A DNA stretch of 64,000 nucleotides from an uncultured Nitrososphaeria archaeon (GTDB lineage Archaea; Thermoproteota; Nitrososphaeria_A; Caldarchaeales; Wolframiiraptoraceae), in assembly GCA_964637915.1 (NCBI GenBank), contig CAZWXN010000001.1, positions 4,152-68,151 of the forward strand. The letters run 5' to 3'. Under the pieces are notes generated by a model. It was not told the origin of the DNA. It worked only from the letters and a program-made list of their open reading frames with translations, and did not search any database. Positions 10,619 to 20,745 of this stretch are shown piece by piece. How positions within the stretch are numbered: position 1 is the stretch's first letter; each line of letters starts with the position of its first letter. A program made the position numbers and the translations under genes.

Positions 10619-12039
10619 TATGATCTCGCGACATAGACTACTAACTTGGCCTCGCCCCCGCATACCGCGCATGGGCCGAATGGTTTCTCAACTATATCGT
10701 ATCTCTCTCCCCTAACCTCTCCGCCGACCTCATCTTTCAGCTTCTCGGCGCACTCGATGCTCCCGCACCAGTTTATCCTCGCGATCCTCCTTTCTTTCAA
10801 GATCCTCTTTATCTCCTCCATGTTGCTGGCGTCAGAGATCACGCTGAGCATCATCCGCCTGCTCCTCTCAAGCAGGTTCGATTCTATCGCCCTCATCAGC
10901 TCATCCACTTTTCCGACGACCTCATCTAGCAGCACCTTAACCCTCTCCAGCGTATCCCTTCTCGCGAGGGTTACAGAGGACTCAACAACTTCCTTCGGCC
11001 CTATCTCTACCCTGACCGGGACGCCCATGAGCTCCCAGTGATAGAACTTCTCACCTGGAGTGATGTCATCGCGATCATCAAGAACAGTTCTCCACTTGCC
11101 AGCCAGCATATCCCTTACCTTGGATGCGTAGTCGAGTATCTGCTTCTCCTGTCCCTTGAATGGTATCGGGATTATCACGACCTGTGTTGGGGCGACCACG
11201 GGCGGTAGGACTAGGCCCCTATCATCCCCATGCTGGGCTATGATCGCTGCTATAACCCTGCTAAAGCCGAAACCATAACATGTTTGATATGGCGTGCCCC
11301 TGCTTCCATCCCTCTTCTCGAACTCTATCTCATATGCCTTGGCGAAGTTTCTCCCAAGGTTATGGATTGTGGCGACCTGATTCACCTTCCCATCGGGGTT
11401 CCACGCGTCGAATGCTATCGAGTAGACTGCTCCGGCGAACTTGTCGAAATCAGGCCTCTTGAGTATAATGTAGCCTATGCAGAGCTTCTTCAGGACCGTC
11501 TCGTAGATCTGCATGGCCTCCCTAACCTGCTTCTCCGCCTCGGCCGCGGTCTCATGCACCGTGTGAGCCTCATTCCAGGGTATCTCCCTAACCCTATAGA
11601 GGGCTCTCGTGGCCTTAGTCTCCCTACGATAGACATTCACGCTCTGATGAACCTTGAGTGGGAGGTCCGCGTGGCTCCTTATCCAGAGCTTGAACATCGG
11701 ATACATTATCGTCTCGGATGTAGGCCTGATTATCAGCTTCTGTTCCCCGGAGCTCTGATCTATCACAAAGACTTCCTTCGAGAATCCCTTGATATGCTCC
11801 GCCTCTTTCCTGAATAGCTCCTCGCTTGTGACGAGGGGGAAGTACATCTTCTTGTGCCCAGTTTTTTCGAGCTCATCCTCGAGGAGCTTCTTGATCATGT
11901 CGAGCATGAAGGCTCCATTCTCCAAGTAGACCGAGAAGCCCTTCACCGGGAACCTGTTATCAACTACCCTAGCCCTGAAGATGACGTCATCAAACCATTC
12001 GGAGAAGTCTTCGAACTTCTTCGAAGCGGAGACGCTCAT
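10615..12039 (-). CDS. proS: Prolyl-tRNA synthetase (archaeal/eukaryal-type class II)
   Basis: 474 aa; class II motifs; C-terminal zinc-binding domain (CGSIECAEKL ... CAVCG) and terminal Y typical of archaeal-type ProRS. Confidence 0.9.
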   Translation of the reverse strand: MSVSASKKFEDFSEWFDDVIFRARVVDNRFPVKGFSVYLENGAFMLDMIKKLLEDELEKTGHKKMYFPLVTSEELFRKEAEHIKGFSKEVFVIDQSSGEQKLIIRPTSETIMYPMFKLWIRSHADLPLKVHQSVNVYRRETKATRALYRVREIPWNEAHTVHETAAEAEKQVREAMQIYETVLKKLCIGYIILKRPDFDKFAGAVYSIAFDAWNPDGKVNQVATIHNLGRNFAKAYEIEFEKRDGSRGTPYQTCYGFGFSRVIAAIIAQHGDDRGLVLPPVVAPTQVVIIPIPFKGQEKQILDYASKVRDMLAGKWRTVLDDRDDITPGEKFYHWELMGVPVRVEIGPKEVVESSVTLARRDTLERVKVLLDEVVGKVDELMRAIESNLLERSRRMMLSVISDASNMEEIKRILKERRIARINWCGSIECAEKLKDEVGGEVRGERYDIVEKPFGPCAVCGGEAKLVVYVARSY

Positions 12040-12106
12040 CCCGTTAAGCCGCGCCTCCTCCCGGTATATAGCCTATCCCCCATAAATCCCGGCTCATTGG
12101 GGCTTT

Positions 12107-12811
12107 CTAGCCCCTCCTTTCCCAGCTCCTGAGAGCCGCCTCCGCCATCTCGGCTAGCAGCTTTCTTGGATCCTTCGCCTTGACATATGCGCTGGCTAGG
12201 AGGACCCCCTCGGTCCCGAGTTCTATTGCCTTGGCCACGTCATCGCCCGTCGAGATACCCGCGCCACAGAGGATATGGACTGATGGATTAACCCTCTTAA
12301 TCGCCTCAACGGCCCCCGTGACGGCCTCGGGCTTCGCCTTCGAAACAGGTATCCCCGTCCCTATAAGCTCCGGGGGCTCGATCGCCAGCATATCTGGCCC
12401 CAGCGCCGCTCCAGCCCTAGTGGTTTCAACAGTGTCCGTGCATAGCAGTGAGATCAACCCAACCTCCCTCAATCTCTCGAGGACCGCGCCAATATCCGCT
12501 AGGAGGAGCCTCTTCTCAGAGTGGTTGACTATCGAACCCACTGCTCCAGCAGCCTTAACATCCTCCGCGATTATTGATCCCGTGTGGCTTCCGGGGCGAT
12601 ATGGGTCAACATGCTGGGCGAAGACCGGTATGCTAACATGCTCCGCAACAGCCCTGAGATCGGGTAGCGGCGGGGCGACGATAATCGAGATATCATACTC
12701 CCTCGAGACCTCCTCGGCAATCCTAGCAAGCTTTATGGCATTTTCGCCTATAGACTCGAGATAAACCTTGAAGTTCAGCGCAATTACTGGATACTTCATC
12801 TCAGCACTCAT
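12107..12811 (-). CDS. tpiA: Triose-phosphate isomerase (archaeal short form)
   Basis: INHSEKR catalytic His/Glu region, EPPELIGTGIPVSKA and CGAGI motifs matching archaeal TIM. Confidence 0.85.
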   Translation of the reverse strand: MSAEMKYPVIALNFKVYLESIGENAIKLARIAEEVSREYDISIIVAPPLPDLRAVAEHVSIPVFAQHVDPYRPGSHTGSIIAEDVKAAGAVGSIVNHSEKRLLLADIGAVLERLREVGLISLLCTDTVETTRAGAALGPDMLAIEPPELIGTGIPVSKAKPEAVTGAVEAIKRVNPSVHILCGAGISTGDDVAKAIELGTEGVLLASAYVKAKDPRKLLAEMAEAALRSWERRG

Positions 12812-12844
12812 ATCTTTTTTGGGGTATGACCCTGTTGATAAGAA

Positions 12845-13750
12845 TTATCTCGTGGGCCTTGGTCGAGTTTTCTCACGCCTCCTCTCAATCACCTCTCCCC
12901 ACGTGAGCTTTATCTCCCCTATCACCTCATCCACCTTGAGGGCGCCCTTCTCGGTAATATAGCCGGTTATCAGCCTCGGCTGCAGGATCTCAAAATACGG
13001 GTTTAGGCATCGGAGCTTAGCTTCCCCAACATATACCTCCTCCTCTGGATGTCTCTCAAGACCGAATCCGTATATCGCCGCCTTCCAGAGGTCTGTCACG
13101 ATATTCACCGGCACTCCAGCATCCATCGCCGAGAGGGCGATCATCTTTGACCCTATCTTGTTCGCAATCGAGCCATCATCAAGTATCGCATCGCATCCCA
13201 GCACTACTGCATCAACAAGCCCCTGGTCTATAACATATGATGCCGCCGCATCAACTATCAGTGTTACATCATGTCCCCTAGCCGCCAGCCTCTCAGCAAG
13301 CCTCCTCCCTTCATACCCTGGCCGCGACTCAGTAATATACACGCTAATATCCCTGCAGTTTTCGAGGGCGCTGGCGACAGTCGAGCTATAGCTATGGGTT
13401 AGAATGCTCCTATATCTCCTGATCATCTCGGAGGCGTTTCGCACAACGCTTCTCAGAGAGCTCTGATACTCGTTTATACACCTCCTCACGGCGTTCTCTA
13501 TCGCTTCTCCCACGGATTTTCCAGCCGAGACCTCCTTCTCGATCATCGAGCCAATCATGTGCGCCATATTTGCTATCGAGGGCATGCTCGGCCTAGCCTC
13601 TGAAAGAGCCTTTACAAGCCTCCTCACATCCTTTATACTTACAGGCTTCTCGAGGAGCTTCAGAAAAGATGCCGCGGCCCTGATCGTGAGCTGCGACGCG
13701 CCGCTCACCGAGTCCTCTCTTATCTCCCTCACCAGATCTGCGATGCTCAT
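12845..13750 (-). CDS. eIF-2B alpha/beta/delta family protein (ribose-1,5-bisphosphate / MTR-1-P isomerase-like)
   Basis: 301 aa; Rossmann-like C-terminal half with GCDAILDDGSIANKIGS motif typical of the IF-2B family. Confidence 0.7.
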   Translation of the reverse strand: MSIADLVREIREDSVSGASQLTIRAAASFLKLLEKPVSIKDVRRLVKALSEARPSMPSIANMAHMIGSMIEKEVSAGKSVGEAIENAVRRCINEYQSSLRSVVRNASEMIRRYRSILTHSYSSTVASALENCRDISVYITESRPGYEGRRLAERLAARGHDVTLIVDAAASYVIDQGLVDAVVLGCDAILDDGSIANKIGSKMIALSAMDAGVPVNIVTDLWKAAIYGFGLERHPEEEVYVGEAKLRCLNPYFEILQPRLITGYITEKGALKVDEVIGEIKLTWGEVIERRREKTRPRPTR

Positions 13751-13781
13751 CTTCCGCGAGGGCTACTAGATCACGTTATTA

Positions 13782-15224
13782 TTAAGGTGTTTGCGCCGAT
13801 TGCCCGCCCAGCCGCCGCTCTTCAACCCCAGAGCCCAAGTGGATTATCTTGACCAAGTGGACGAGCTCCTCCCTCATCCCATATGTGAGGACCGCAGTTG
13901 GCTCTCTCACCCTTATCTCGCCCATCATGATTTTCTTCTCCAGCTCGTTTAAACCCTCCTCATAGCTCGTTGACGACACCTCAACCGTCTCCACGCCTCT
14001 CAGGAGCATCAGCCTTCTCAGGGTTCTCTTGCTGGGTGAGACCGCTATCACGCTCACGGATGGCCTAAAGCCCGCTATCCTCTGAGCTGTTCTACCGGAG
14101 ATCGTGTAGACGAGTATCGCGGCATTAAGGGACTCCGCCAGCGAGGCGACACCATACGCGAACCTCGTTCTAATATCCTCCTTAGGATCTATGCTCCTCC
14201 TAGGGGGAGTTATCCCGGGCTCATATCTCTCGATTATTTTATGGAGCCACTTGACCGCCTCGACCGGATATTTGCCGACCGCCGTCTCATTCGTCAGCAT
14301 CAGGACATCCACGCCCTCGGATACCGCCTCGACCACGTCCACGACCTCGCTCCTCGTTGGGACCGGGTTCTCTATCATCGAGCCGAGGAGCTGTGTCGCG
14401 ACTATTACGGGCTTGCCCTTCTCAATGGACTTTCTGACGATCATGCTCTGAAGCCTTGGAACCTCCTCGAGCGGGAAATGCATGCCTAGATCCCCTCTCG
14501 CGACGAGGATCGCGTCGGCCGCATCCACTATCTCCTCTAGGTTCTTCACAGCGGCTGGAATCTCTATCTTCGCTATTATCGATGTCTGCTCCGCCCCGAG
14601 TGATAATAGCATGCCTCTCAGCATCGCCACATCATGCTCTCCCCTGACATAGCTTAGCCCGATATAGTCGAACTCCTCGGCAGCTGCGAACTTCACGATC
14701 TCAACCTCCCTACTGCTTATTGTCGGCAGGTCTAGATCCCTCCCTCTTACAACCATGCTCTTCCTACTGCTTACCCTTGCATCGGTCAAGGCCCTTAGGA
14801 CGACCTCGGAGGCTGATGCTGACTCGACCTCGAATGCCGCGAGACCATCATCCATTAATATCACATGCCCACGTCTCAGCACCTTAAGAACAGCCTCATT
14901 GGGAAGCGGGATAACCTTCTCATCTCCCCCACGAGCCCTATCTAGGGGGACAAGTTTCACAAATTCTCCAGCCCTCACCTCTATCGGCTCATCAAGGATC
15001 CCCGCGCGGACCGAAGGGCCTGGCAGATCACCTACAAGAGCTAGATGCGTCCCAAACTCAGCCTCAACTTCCCTAACGATCCTAACAGCCTCCCTCCACT
15101 CCTCGATGGACCCATGGCTGAAGTTTATCCTGAAAATCCTCGCCCCGGCTAGCGCCATCTCCCTAACGATCTCATGGCTCCTACTAGCCACGCCAACGGT
15201 CACAGCAATCTTTGTCCTAATCAT
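13782..15224 (-). CDS. pyk: Pyruvate kinase
   Basis: IAVTVGVAS ... FRINFSHG N-terminus, MVARGDLG active-site motif, 480 aa. Confidence 0.85.
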   Translation of the reverse strand: MIRTKIAVTVGVASRSHEIVREMALAGARIFRINFSHGSIEEWREAVRIVREVEAEFGTHLALVGDLPGPSVRAGILDEPIEVRAGEFVKLVPLDRARGGDEKVIPLPNEAVLKVLRRGHVILMDDGLAAFEVESASASEVVLRALTDARVSSRKSMVVRGRDLDLPTISSREVEIVKFAAAEEFDYIGLSYVRGEHDVAMLRGMLLSLGAEQTSIIAKIEIPAAVKNLEEIVDAADAILVARGDLGMHFPLEEVPRLQSMIVRKSIEKGKPVIVATQLLGSMIENPVPTRSEVVDVVEAVSEGVDVLMLTNETAVGKYPVEAVKWLHKIIERYEPGITPPRRSIDPKEDIRTRFAYGVASLAESLNAAILVYTISGRTAQRIAGFRPSVSVIAVSPSKRTLRRLMLLRGVETVEVSSTSYEEGLNELEKKIMMGEIRVREPTAVLTYGMREELVHLVKIIHLGSGVEERRLGGQSAQTP

Positions 15225-15272
15225 CCCATATCACTAGACAGGGGCTATGAGATAAGTTGTCCCCCAAGGGGC

Positions 15273-16376
15273 TTATAGGTATCCCTCGGCCTCGGCGAGC
15301 TCAGCATTTAGCACCGCGTTTCCAGCAGCCCCCCTGATCGTATTATGGCCCAAGACGAGGAACTTTATCCCATTTCTTAGAACCGGGTCTCTCCTAATCC
15401 TGCCGACGACCACCGACATACCATTGCCAGCATACCTGTCCAGCCTCGGCTGAGGCCTATCCGGCTCACTCCTCACGATTATCGGCCTCTCCGGCGCGGT
15501 CGGCAGCCTTAGCTCCTGCGGCCTCCCCCTAAACCTCCTCATAGTCTCTGCAACCTCCTCAGGCTCAGCCGGCTTATCCAGCTCGACGAAAACCGCCTCG
15601 AGATGCCCCTCGAGAACATTAACTCTATGGCAGCTCGCGGAGATCTTGAAATCCGCGGGAATGATTCTTGAGCCCTCCAGCTTGCCTAGGATCTTCAATG
15701 CCTCCCGCTCAACCTTCTCCTCCTCATTTCTTATGTATGGTATGATGTTGTCCGTTATCGCCATAGAGGGCACCCCGGTCCAGCCTGCGCCCGAGAGAGC
15801 CTGCATCGTTGAGACTATCACGCTCCTTATGCCATACTCATCCATGAGCGGCTTCAAGGCTATTATCATGGCATTCGACGTGCAGTTTGGACTCGTGACT
15901 ATGAAAGATCTCCAGCCCCTCTTCCCCTGCTCCCTGACAAGGCTCAGGTGATCGGGATTAACCTCGCCTATCAGGATCGGTACATCCGGCTCCATCCTAT
16001 AGGCGCTTGCATCGCTTATCACGGGGATCCCCTCCCTCGCGAACTCGGCCTCAACCTCTCTAGCCACCTCCGATGGAAGCGCTGAGAATACTAGATCCAC
16101 ATTCCCCTCATGCTTAACATCCTCGAGCCGCGCCTCAACAACACGCATCCCCGCCGCCCGCTCCGGAACCTCGCCCTCAATACACCAGTGAACAACCTCA
16201 GCATACCTCTTCCCCGCGGATCTCGATGAAGCGGCTAAAACCTCAAGATCAAACCTCGGATGATCGGAAAGCAGCTTGACAAATCTCTGACCAACCATCC
16301 CCGTAGCACCGAGCACAGCAACCCTCAGCTTATCCATACGCACTCCACCCCAACCCCCATGCACCAAAACAGCCAT
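15273..16376 (-). CDS. asd: Aspartate-semialdehyde dehydrogenase
   Basis: VAVLGATGMVGQ NAD(P) site, catalytic SNCTSN region, C-terminal GAAG; first gene of a threonine/aspartate-family cluster. Confidence 0.85.
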   Translation of the reverse strand: MAVLVHGGWGGVRMDKLRVAVLGATGMVGQRFVKLLSDHPRFDLEVLAASSRSAGKRYAEVVHWCIEGEVPERAAGMRVVEARLEDVKHEGNVDLVFSALPSEVAREVEAEFAREGIPVISDASAYRMEPDVPILIGEVNPDHLSLVREQGKRGWRSFIVTSPNCTSNAMIIALKPLMDEYGIRSVIVSTMQALSGAGWTGVPSMAITDNIIPYIRNEEEKVEREALKILGKLEGSRIIPADFKISASCHRVNVLEGHLEAVFVELDKPAEPEEVAETMRRFRGRPQELRLPTAPERPIIVRSEPDRPQPRLDRYAGNGMSVVVGRIRRDPVLRNGIKFLVLGHNTIRGAAGNAVLNAELAEAEGYL

Positions 16377-16385
16377 GAATTAAAA

Positions 16386-18097
16386 CTTTTGACCACTTGT
16401 AAAGTCTCTCTGAAAAATGCTCAAAGATGTTCAATCATCCTATGCCTATCCTCAATCTCCATCATCCCGGCTAACGCGCAGGAAGAGAGGTTCGAGTGGG
16501 GTAGCCAGATGCCCATGACAGGCCCTCAGAAGACTCTGGCTCTCATGGTTGAGTTCTCTGACGTGATGTTTAGCATTTCTCGAAGGGCTGAGCAGGTCAT
16601 GAGAATGCTCGGCGACTTCATTGAGAGAAGCTCATATGGGAAGGCTTGGCTCGATTATTACATCTACCCGAAGGTGATAACTCTGCCCAAGCCCATGAGC
16701 TACTATGGGGCGCCAGAGCCCGAGAGCCAGAGAGGAGATGGCAGGGGGTCGTACGAGTACCTGCTAGCAATTATCGAGTTCGTCAAGAGAAAGTCGGGGC
16801 TTAACATAACGGAGTTTAAGCATATAGTCATAATTCATGCGGGGAGCGATGAGGCAATCAGCAACTCCCCCAACGACCTATGAAGCCTTTGCGCCTGTGG
16901 TATCAACAAGCTCCTTTACTTCTTAATAGAAAGGTATGGATTCGACGAGGTTGAGGGCTACCTGCTTGAGAATGTCTATGACCATATAGTTAACCTATTC
17001 ATGCATAGGAGGAAGGATGGGACAGGTCATCTGCTCAATGGCATACTAACAGTCGCGGAAGATGACATACCCTCTGTAATGATATATGAATTCACTCATA
17101 GCCTGTGGATCAGCGACCTATACGTATATGCCGAGGATGGCTATAGTACTGGATCCGAGGTCGGTGTCTGGTCGAACATGGATTACGGCCCCCTTCCTAG
17201 AGCCGCCAGTACACATAGATGGCTGGTCAAAGTACCTGCTCGGCTGGATTGAGACCACGGAAGTGAGGGGATGACGGGTACACGATCCATACACTGGATA
17301 AGGCGGAGGAGCCTCATGCGCTGATAATCCCGATAAACGACGAGGAGTACTACTTCATGCACGCTATGAGGCCCATGGGCCAAGATGCGGCGCTACCCGG
17401 CCCTAGAATCCTCGTCTTCAGAATCAACAAGTACCTGAGCAGGAATGTGGAGGGACACCCATTCATGTGTAAGATGTCAGATGCCCATCCCGATACGCCG
17501 CCGGAATGCTCATCAATGGACAAAGAGAGGATCAGGCTATGTGAAGGTCTTGACGCGCCCTATATAGATCCTGAAGGCTATAGAGGAACTTGGGGAAGAT
17601 TCGAGATAAATCTCATCAAAGGTGAGCTTGAGACCGAGGAGGGCTATTACATCAAAGTCCTAAATTTTGATAAGAAGAGGGGCGTCGCCAAGATACTCGT
17701 GAGCATTGGCGGAGCGGCTCCCGAGAAGACCACTATCGAAATGAAGACCACTGAGAAAGAGACGGCTGCTACTGATGCTACCCAGATATTGACAAAGATA
17801 ACCACTCAGACCATAACTATCACAAGCAAGGAAACGGTTACACGCGCTCAGATGAAGACCACAACGGTCGTGGAGACCGTCGTGAAGGAGGAGCTGGGCA
17901 TCTTAAGCTACGGGCTAATTGCCATAAGCATAGTGCTGGCTCTAGCGCTTGTAATAGTCACGAGCAGGAAAAGAGCCCACCGCCACCTCCGCCCCAGTCC
18001 ACCCCTCATAGTAGGAGACAATCATGAGGTCGAGCCGGGAGACATGTACACGGCTAACAGCCCTCCTTCTATCCTTCATTATCACCCTCTCGATTAG
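16386..18097 (+). pseudogene. Disrupted M6 (immune inhibitor A-like) surface metalloprotease gene with C-terminal TM anchor
   Basis: M6-like segments (LALMVEFSD, IVIIHAGSDE, MIYEFTHSLWISDLY, KYLLGWI, EEYYF) lie in three different reading frames. They are separated by an in-frame TGA at 16881-16883 and at least two frameshifts (about 17150-17270 and about 17265-17357). The HExxH motif is degenerate (YEFTH). A Thr-rich stalk plus TM anchor follows at the C-terminus. Confidence 0.5.
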
Positions 18098-18250
18098 CGA
18101 GAATGTTATGGCTCAGGACGACCCTCTACATCTCAAGTTCTCCGCCGACGAAACTTGATCATGAAGAGAAGAAAAGAATTCGAGAGATGCGTCCTCCCAA
18201 ATACTTATAAGAAAGTCTCTGGGCCAATCAGATGAGGTGCAGTCATAGTT

Positions 18251-18676
18251 TTGGGTATGATTCCTCGTGGTAAGCTTATTGGAATGCAGGTATACAACCC
18301 GAATGGAACATTTGTTGGAACTGTCCAGGATATTGCTCTGCCGCTTGGAGAGGGTGAGATGGGCATAGTCGTGACGACGAGAACGCAGACAATGGAGACA
18401 ATACCATGGAGCAAGATCTCTGCCGTGGGAGACATCATAATCCTCAAGGAGAACATCGAGATTAAGGCTCCGCCTGTGGAGATGGCCACGCAGCAGGCAT
18501 TCCCATCACCCCAAGCACCATCAGCGGAGAGCAAGGCTGGAGGAGCCTTGAAATCCATCACCGGAGTCTTTAAGAGGGGTGGGGAGAGGCCCGCCTGCCC
18601 AACATGCGGCAAGCCATTAGCGTACATCGAGCAGTATAAGAGATGGTACTGCTATAACTGCGGCAAATATGTCTAG
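18251..18676 (+). CDS. PRC-barrel domain protein with C-terminal zinc ribbon
   Basis: N-terminal PRC-barrel-like pattern (LIGMQVYNPNGTFVGTVQDIAL), Pro/Ala-rich linker, C-terminal CPTCG...CYNCG. Confidence 0.6.
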   Translation: MGMIPRGKLIGMQVYNPNGTFVGTVQDIALPLGEGEMGIVVTTRTQTMETIPWSKISAVGDIIILKENIEIKAPPVEMATQQAFPSPQAPSAESKAGGALKSITGVFKRGGERPACPTCGKPLAYIEQYKRWYCYNCGKYV

Positions 18677-18687
18677 CATGCACATAA

Positions 18688-18699
18688 TTCTTTTTTCTT
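18688..18699. terminator. Oligo-T tract between convergent genes (archaeal terminator-like)
   Basis: ttcttttttctt immediately after the PRC-barrel gene stop and downstream of the convergent aspartate kinase. Confidence 0.3.
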
Positions 18700-18738
18700 G
18701 AGACGCTTAGCTGAGCTGGTAATATCTTGTATTTTTGA

Positions 18739-20133
18739 TTAGTGTATTGTGTTTAGGCCGAATGCTCTGTGTACCGCTCTTAGCGCCTTGACACCATCCT
18801 CTTCTTTGACTGCGAAGGAGATGTTAAGCTCTGATGATCCCTGTGCTATCATCTTTATATTTATGCCCTCTGAGGCGACCGCGTTGAAAATTTTCGCAGC
18901 TACCCCGGGCTTTCCCCTCATCCCGGATCCTATGACCGCTATCACGCATATCCCCTCCTCATAGTCTATCCTTATCTCGTCCTCGGTGAACTCGCTCTTT
19001 ATCGCCTTTAACGCCTTTTTCAGGTCCTCTCTCGGTAGGGCTATCGAGATGTTTGCCTGCGATGATGCCTGTGAGACCATTATCACTTGGGCGCCTATCC
19101 TCGCGAGGAGGTCTAGGAGCTTGACATTAGTGTCCATGGCCTCTGATGAGCCGATCCCACTTGCGAGGATTATCGCCGCATCCCTTATCATCGTTAAAGC
19201 CTTGACGGTATCGGACTCAGCCACCCCACTTATCAGCGTTCCCTCAGCGGATGGATTATAGAAGTTCTTCACCCTTATCGGGATATTCTCCTTGGAGGCT
19301 GGCTCGAGCGCTCCCGGGTGGATGACCTTCGCGCCGAAGTACGCTAGCTCAAGAACCTCATCATAGGACATTCGCGGTATCGGTTTCGCCTCCGGTACGA
19401 GCTTGGGATCCGCGGTCATCACGCCATCAACATCCTTCCAGAGGATTATCTCGTTAACCTTAAGCGCCGCACCTATTATTGTCGCGGTATAGTCGGATCC
19501 GCCCCTCCCCAAGGTCGTAATTACGCCATCAGGGGTCGAGGCTATGAACCCTGTCACCACCGGGACTATCCCCTTCTCCAAGAGGGGGCCAAGCCTCCTC
19601 CTAACCTCCTGATATGTTATCCCCAGCGGCTTAGCGGATCCAAACTCGTCATTCGTGATTATGCCCGCATCCCATCCAGTGAGATACTCCGCCTTGACGC
19701 ACTGATCGACAAGCGAGCCCCAGAAGATCCTTGTCGAGAGCCTCTCGCCGAATGATAGGGCATAGTCCTTGATCCTCGGCGTAACCTCCTTTAGATATGC
19801 AGTTATTGAGAGGAGTTTCCCGAGCTCCTCGATCTCCTGCTCAAGCTTCTCCCAGACATTTCTTCTTAGATCCTCTTTTCCTATCGCCTCTATGCAGGCA
19901 TTCTCATGCCTCGCCCTAAGGCTCTCGATGAAGCTGCGCACCTCGTCCTCGCGCCCCTTCTCAGCGCTCCCAAGCGCTCCGAGTATCCCATCCGTTACAC
20001 CACTGAGCGCGGATACAACTGCGACGACGCGGCACCCGCGCTCGACATAATCCCTGACTATCTCGGCGGACCTCCTCACAGTAGACCCATCCTTGACACA
20101 GCTTCCGCCGAACTTCATCACGTAGCTGGCCAT
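18739..20133 (-). CDS. Aspartate kinase
   Basis: 464 aa; KFGGS N-terminus, amino-acid kinase fold, two C-terminal ACT domains. Confidence 0.85.
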   Translation of the reverse strand: MASYVMKFGGSCVKDGSTVRRSAEIVRDYVERGCRVVAVVSALSGVTDGILGALGSAEKGREDEVRSFIESLRARHENACIEAIGKEDLRRNVWEKLEQEIEELGKLLSITAYLKEVTPRIKDYALSFGERLSTRIFWGSLVDQCVKAEYLTGWDAGIITNDEFGSAKPLGITYQEVRRRLGPLLEKGIVPVVTGFIASTPDGVITTLGRGGSDYTATIIGAALKVNEIILWKDVDGVMTADPKLVPEAKPIPRMSYDEVLELAYFGAKVIHPGALEPASKENIPIRVKNFYNPSAEGTLISGVAESDTVKALTMIRDAAIILASGIGSSEAMDTNVKLLDLLARIGAQVIMVSQASSQANISIALPREDLKKALKAIKSEFTEDEIRIDYEEGICVIAVIGSGMRGKPGVAAKIFNAVASEGINIKMIAQGSSELNISFAVKEEDGVKALRAVHRAFGLNTIH

Positions 20134-20277
20134 GGTCTCCCGCCCTCCGAGGATGTCTCGCCACTGAATTCTCTCACCAAAGGAAATTTTCCGGCTTATA
20201 GCCTTAAGCCGAGCCTGTCTCTGCAGCGCTAGCCTAATTAACGAGTTGGAGAGTAGGGGGCGCGGGAGGGTGCTTGG

Positions 20278-20745
20278 ATGAGGGTTAAGCTTACTCTAGC
20301 TCTTAGTGATAGGCCCGGCATCCTCTTGAAGGCCTTGGAGCAGATCGCCTTGAATGGCGGTAATATTATCTCGATAATTCATCGGAGGGATAGCATTACA
20401 TCGGGCTATGTGCCCGTAAGCATTAACGTGGAGTTTCCTGATTCGGCGAGCCTTGAGAGGGCTAAAAGGGGGATAGAGGCCTCGGGGATACCGGTGATCG
20501 AGGCTGAGACTCTTGAGAAAGCCATCTGCACGATACTACTGATAGGCGCCGTGAAGATCGAGGATCTACTTAGAAAGGTTCATGAGCTCGGGTCTAGGGT
20601 TGCTGAGGTCTCCATGACCGGCGGCTTAACATCCCCCTGCATCAAGGCTGTTATCGAGGCTCCATCCGAGAAACTTGGCACACTTCTCGCATCCTTGGAG
20701 AGCTTTGCCGAGGAGCAGGGAGCGCTCCTGATAACCGAGTGGTGA
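20278..20745 (+). CDS. ACT-domain protein (standalone, upstream of homoserine dehydrogenase)
   Basis: 155 aa with two short ACT-like beta-alpha-beta-beta-alpha-beta units; stop overlaps the start of the downstream homoserine dehydrogenase. Confidence 0.55.
   Translation: MRVKLTLALSDRPGILLKALEQIALNGGNIISIIHRRDSITSGYVPVSINVEFPDSASLERAKRGIEASGIPVIEAETLEKAICTILLIGAVKIEDLLRKVHELGSRVAEVSMTGGLTSPCIKAVIEAPSEKLGTLLASLESFAEEQGALLITEW

Noticed and set aside
18205-18627. 140-aa minus-strand ORF overlapping the PRC-barrel gene
   Set aside because: The + strand ORF has a recognisable PRC-barrel plus zinc ribbon. The minus ORF is almost fully contained within it and has no features.
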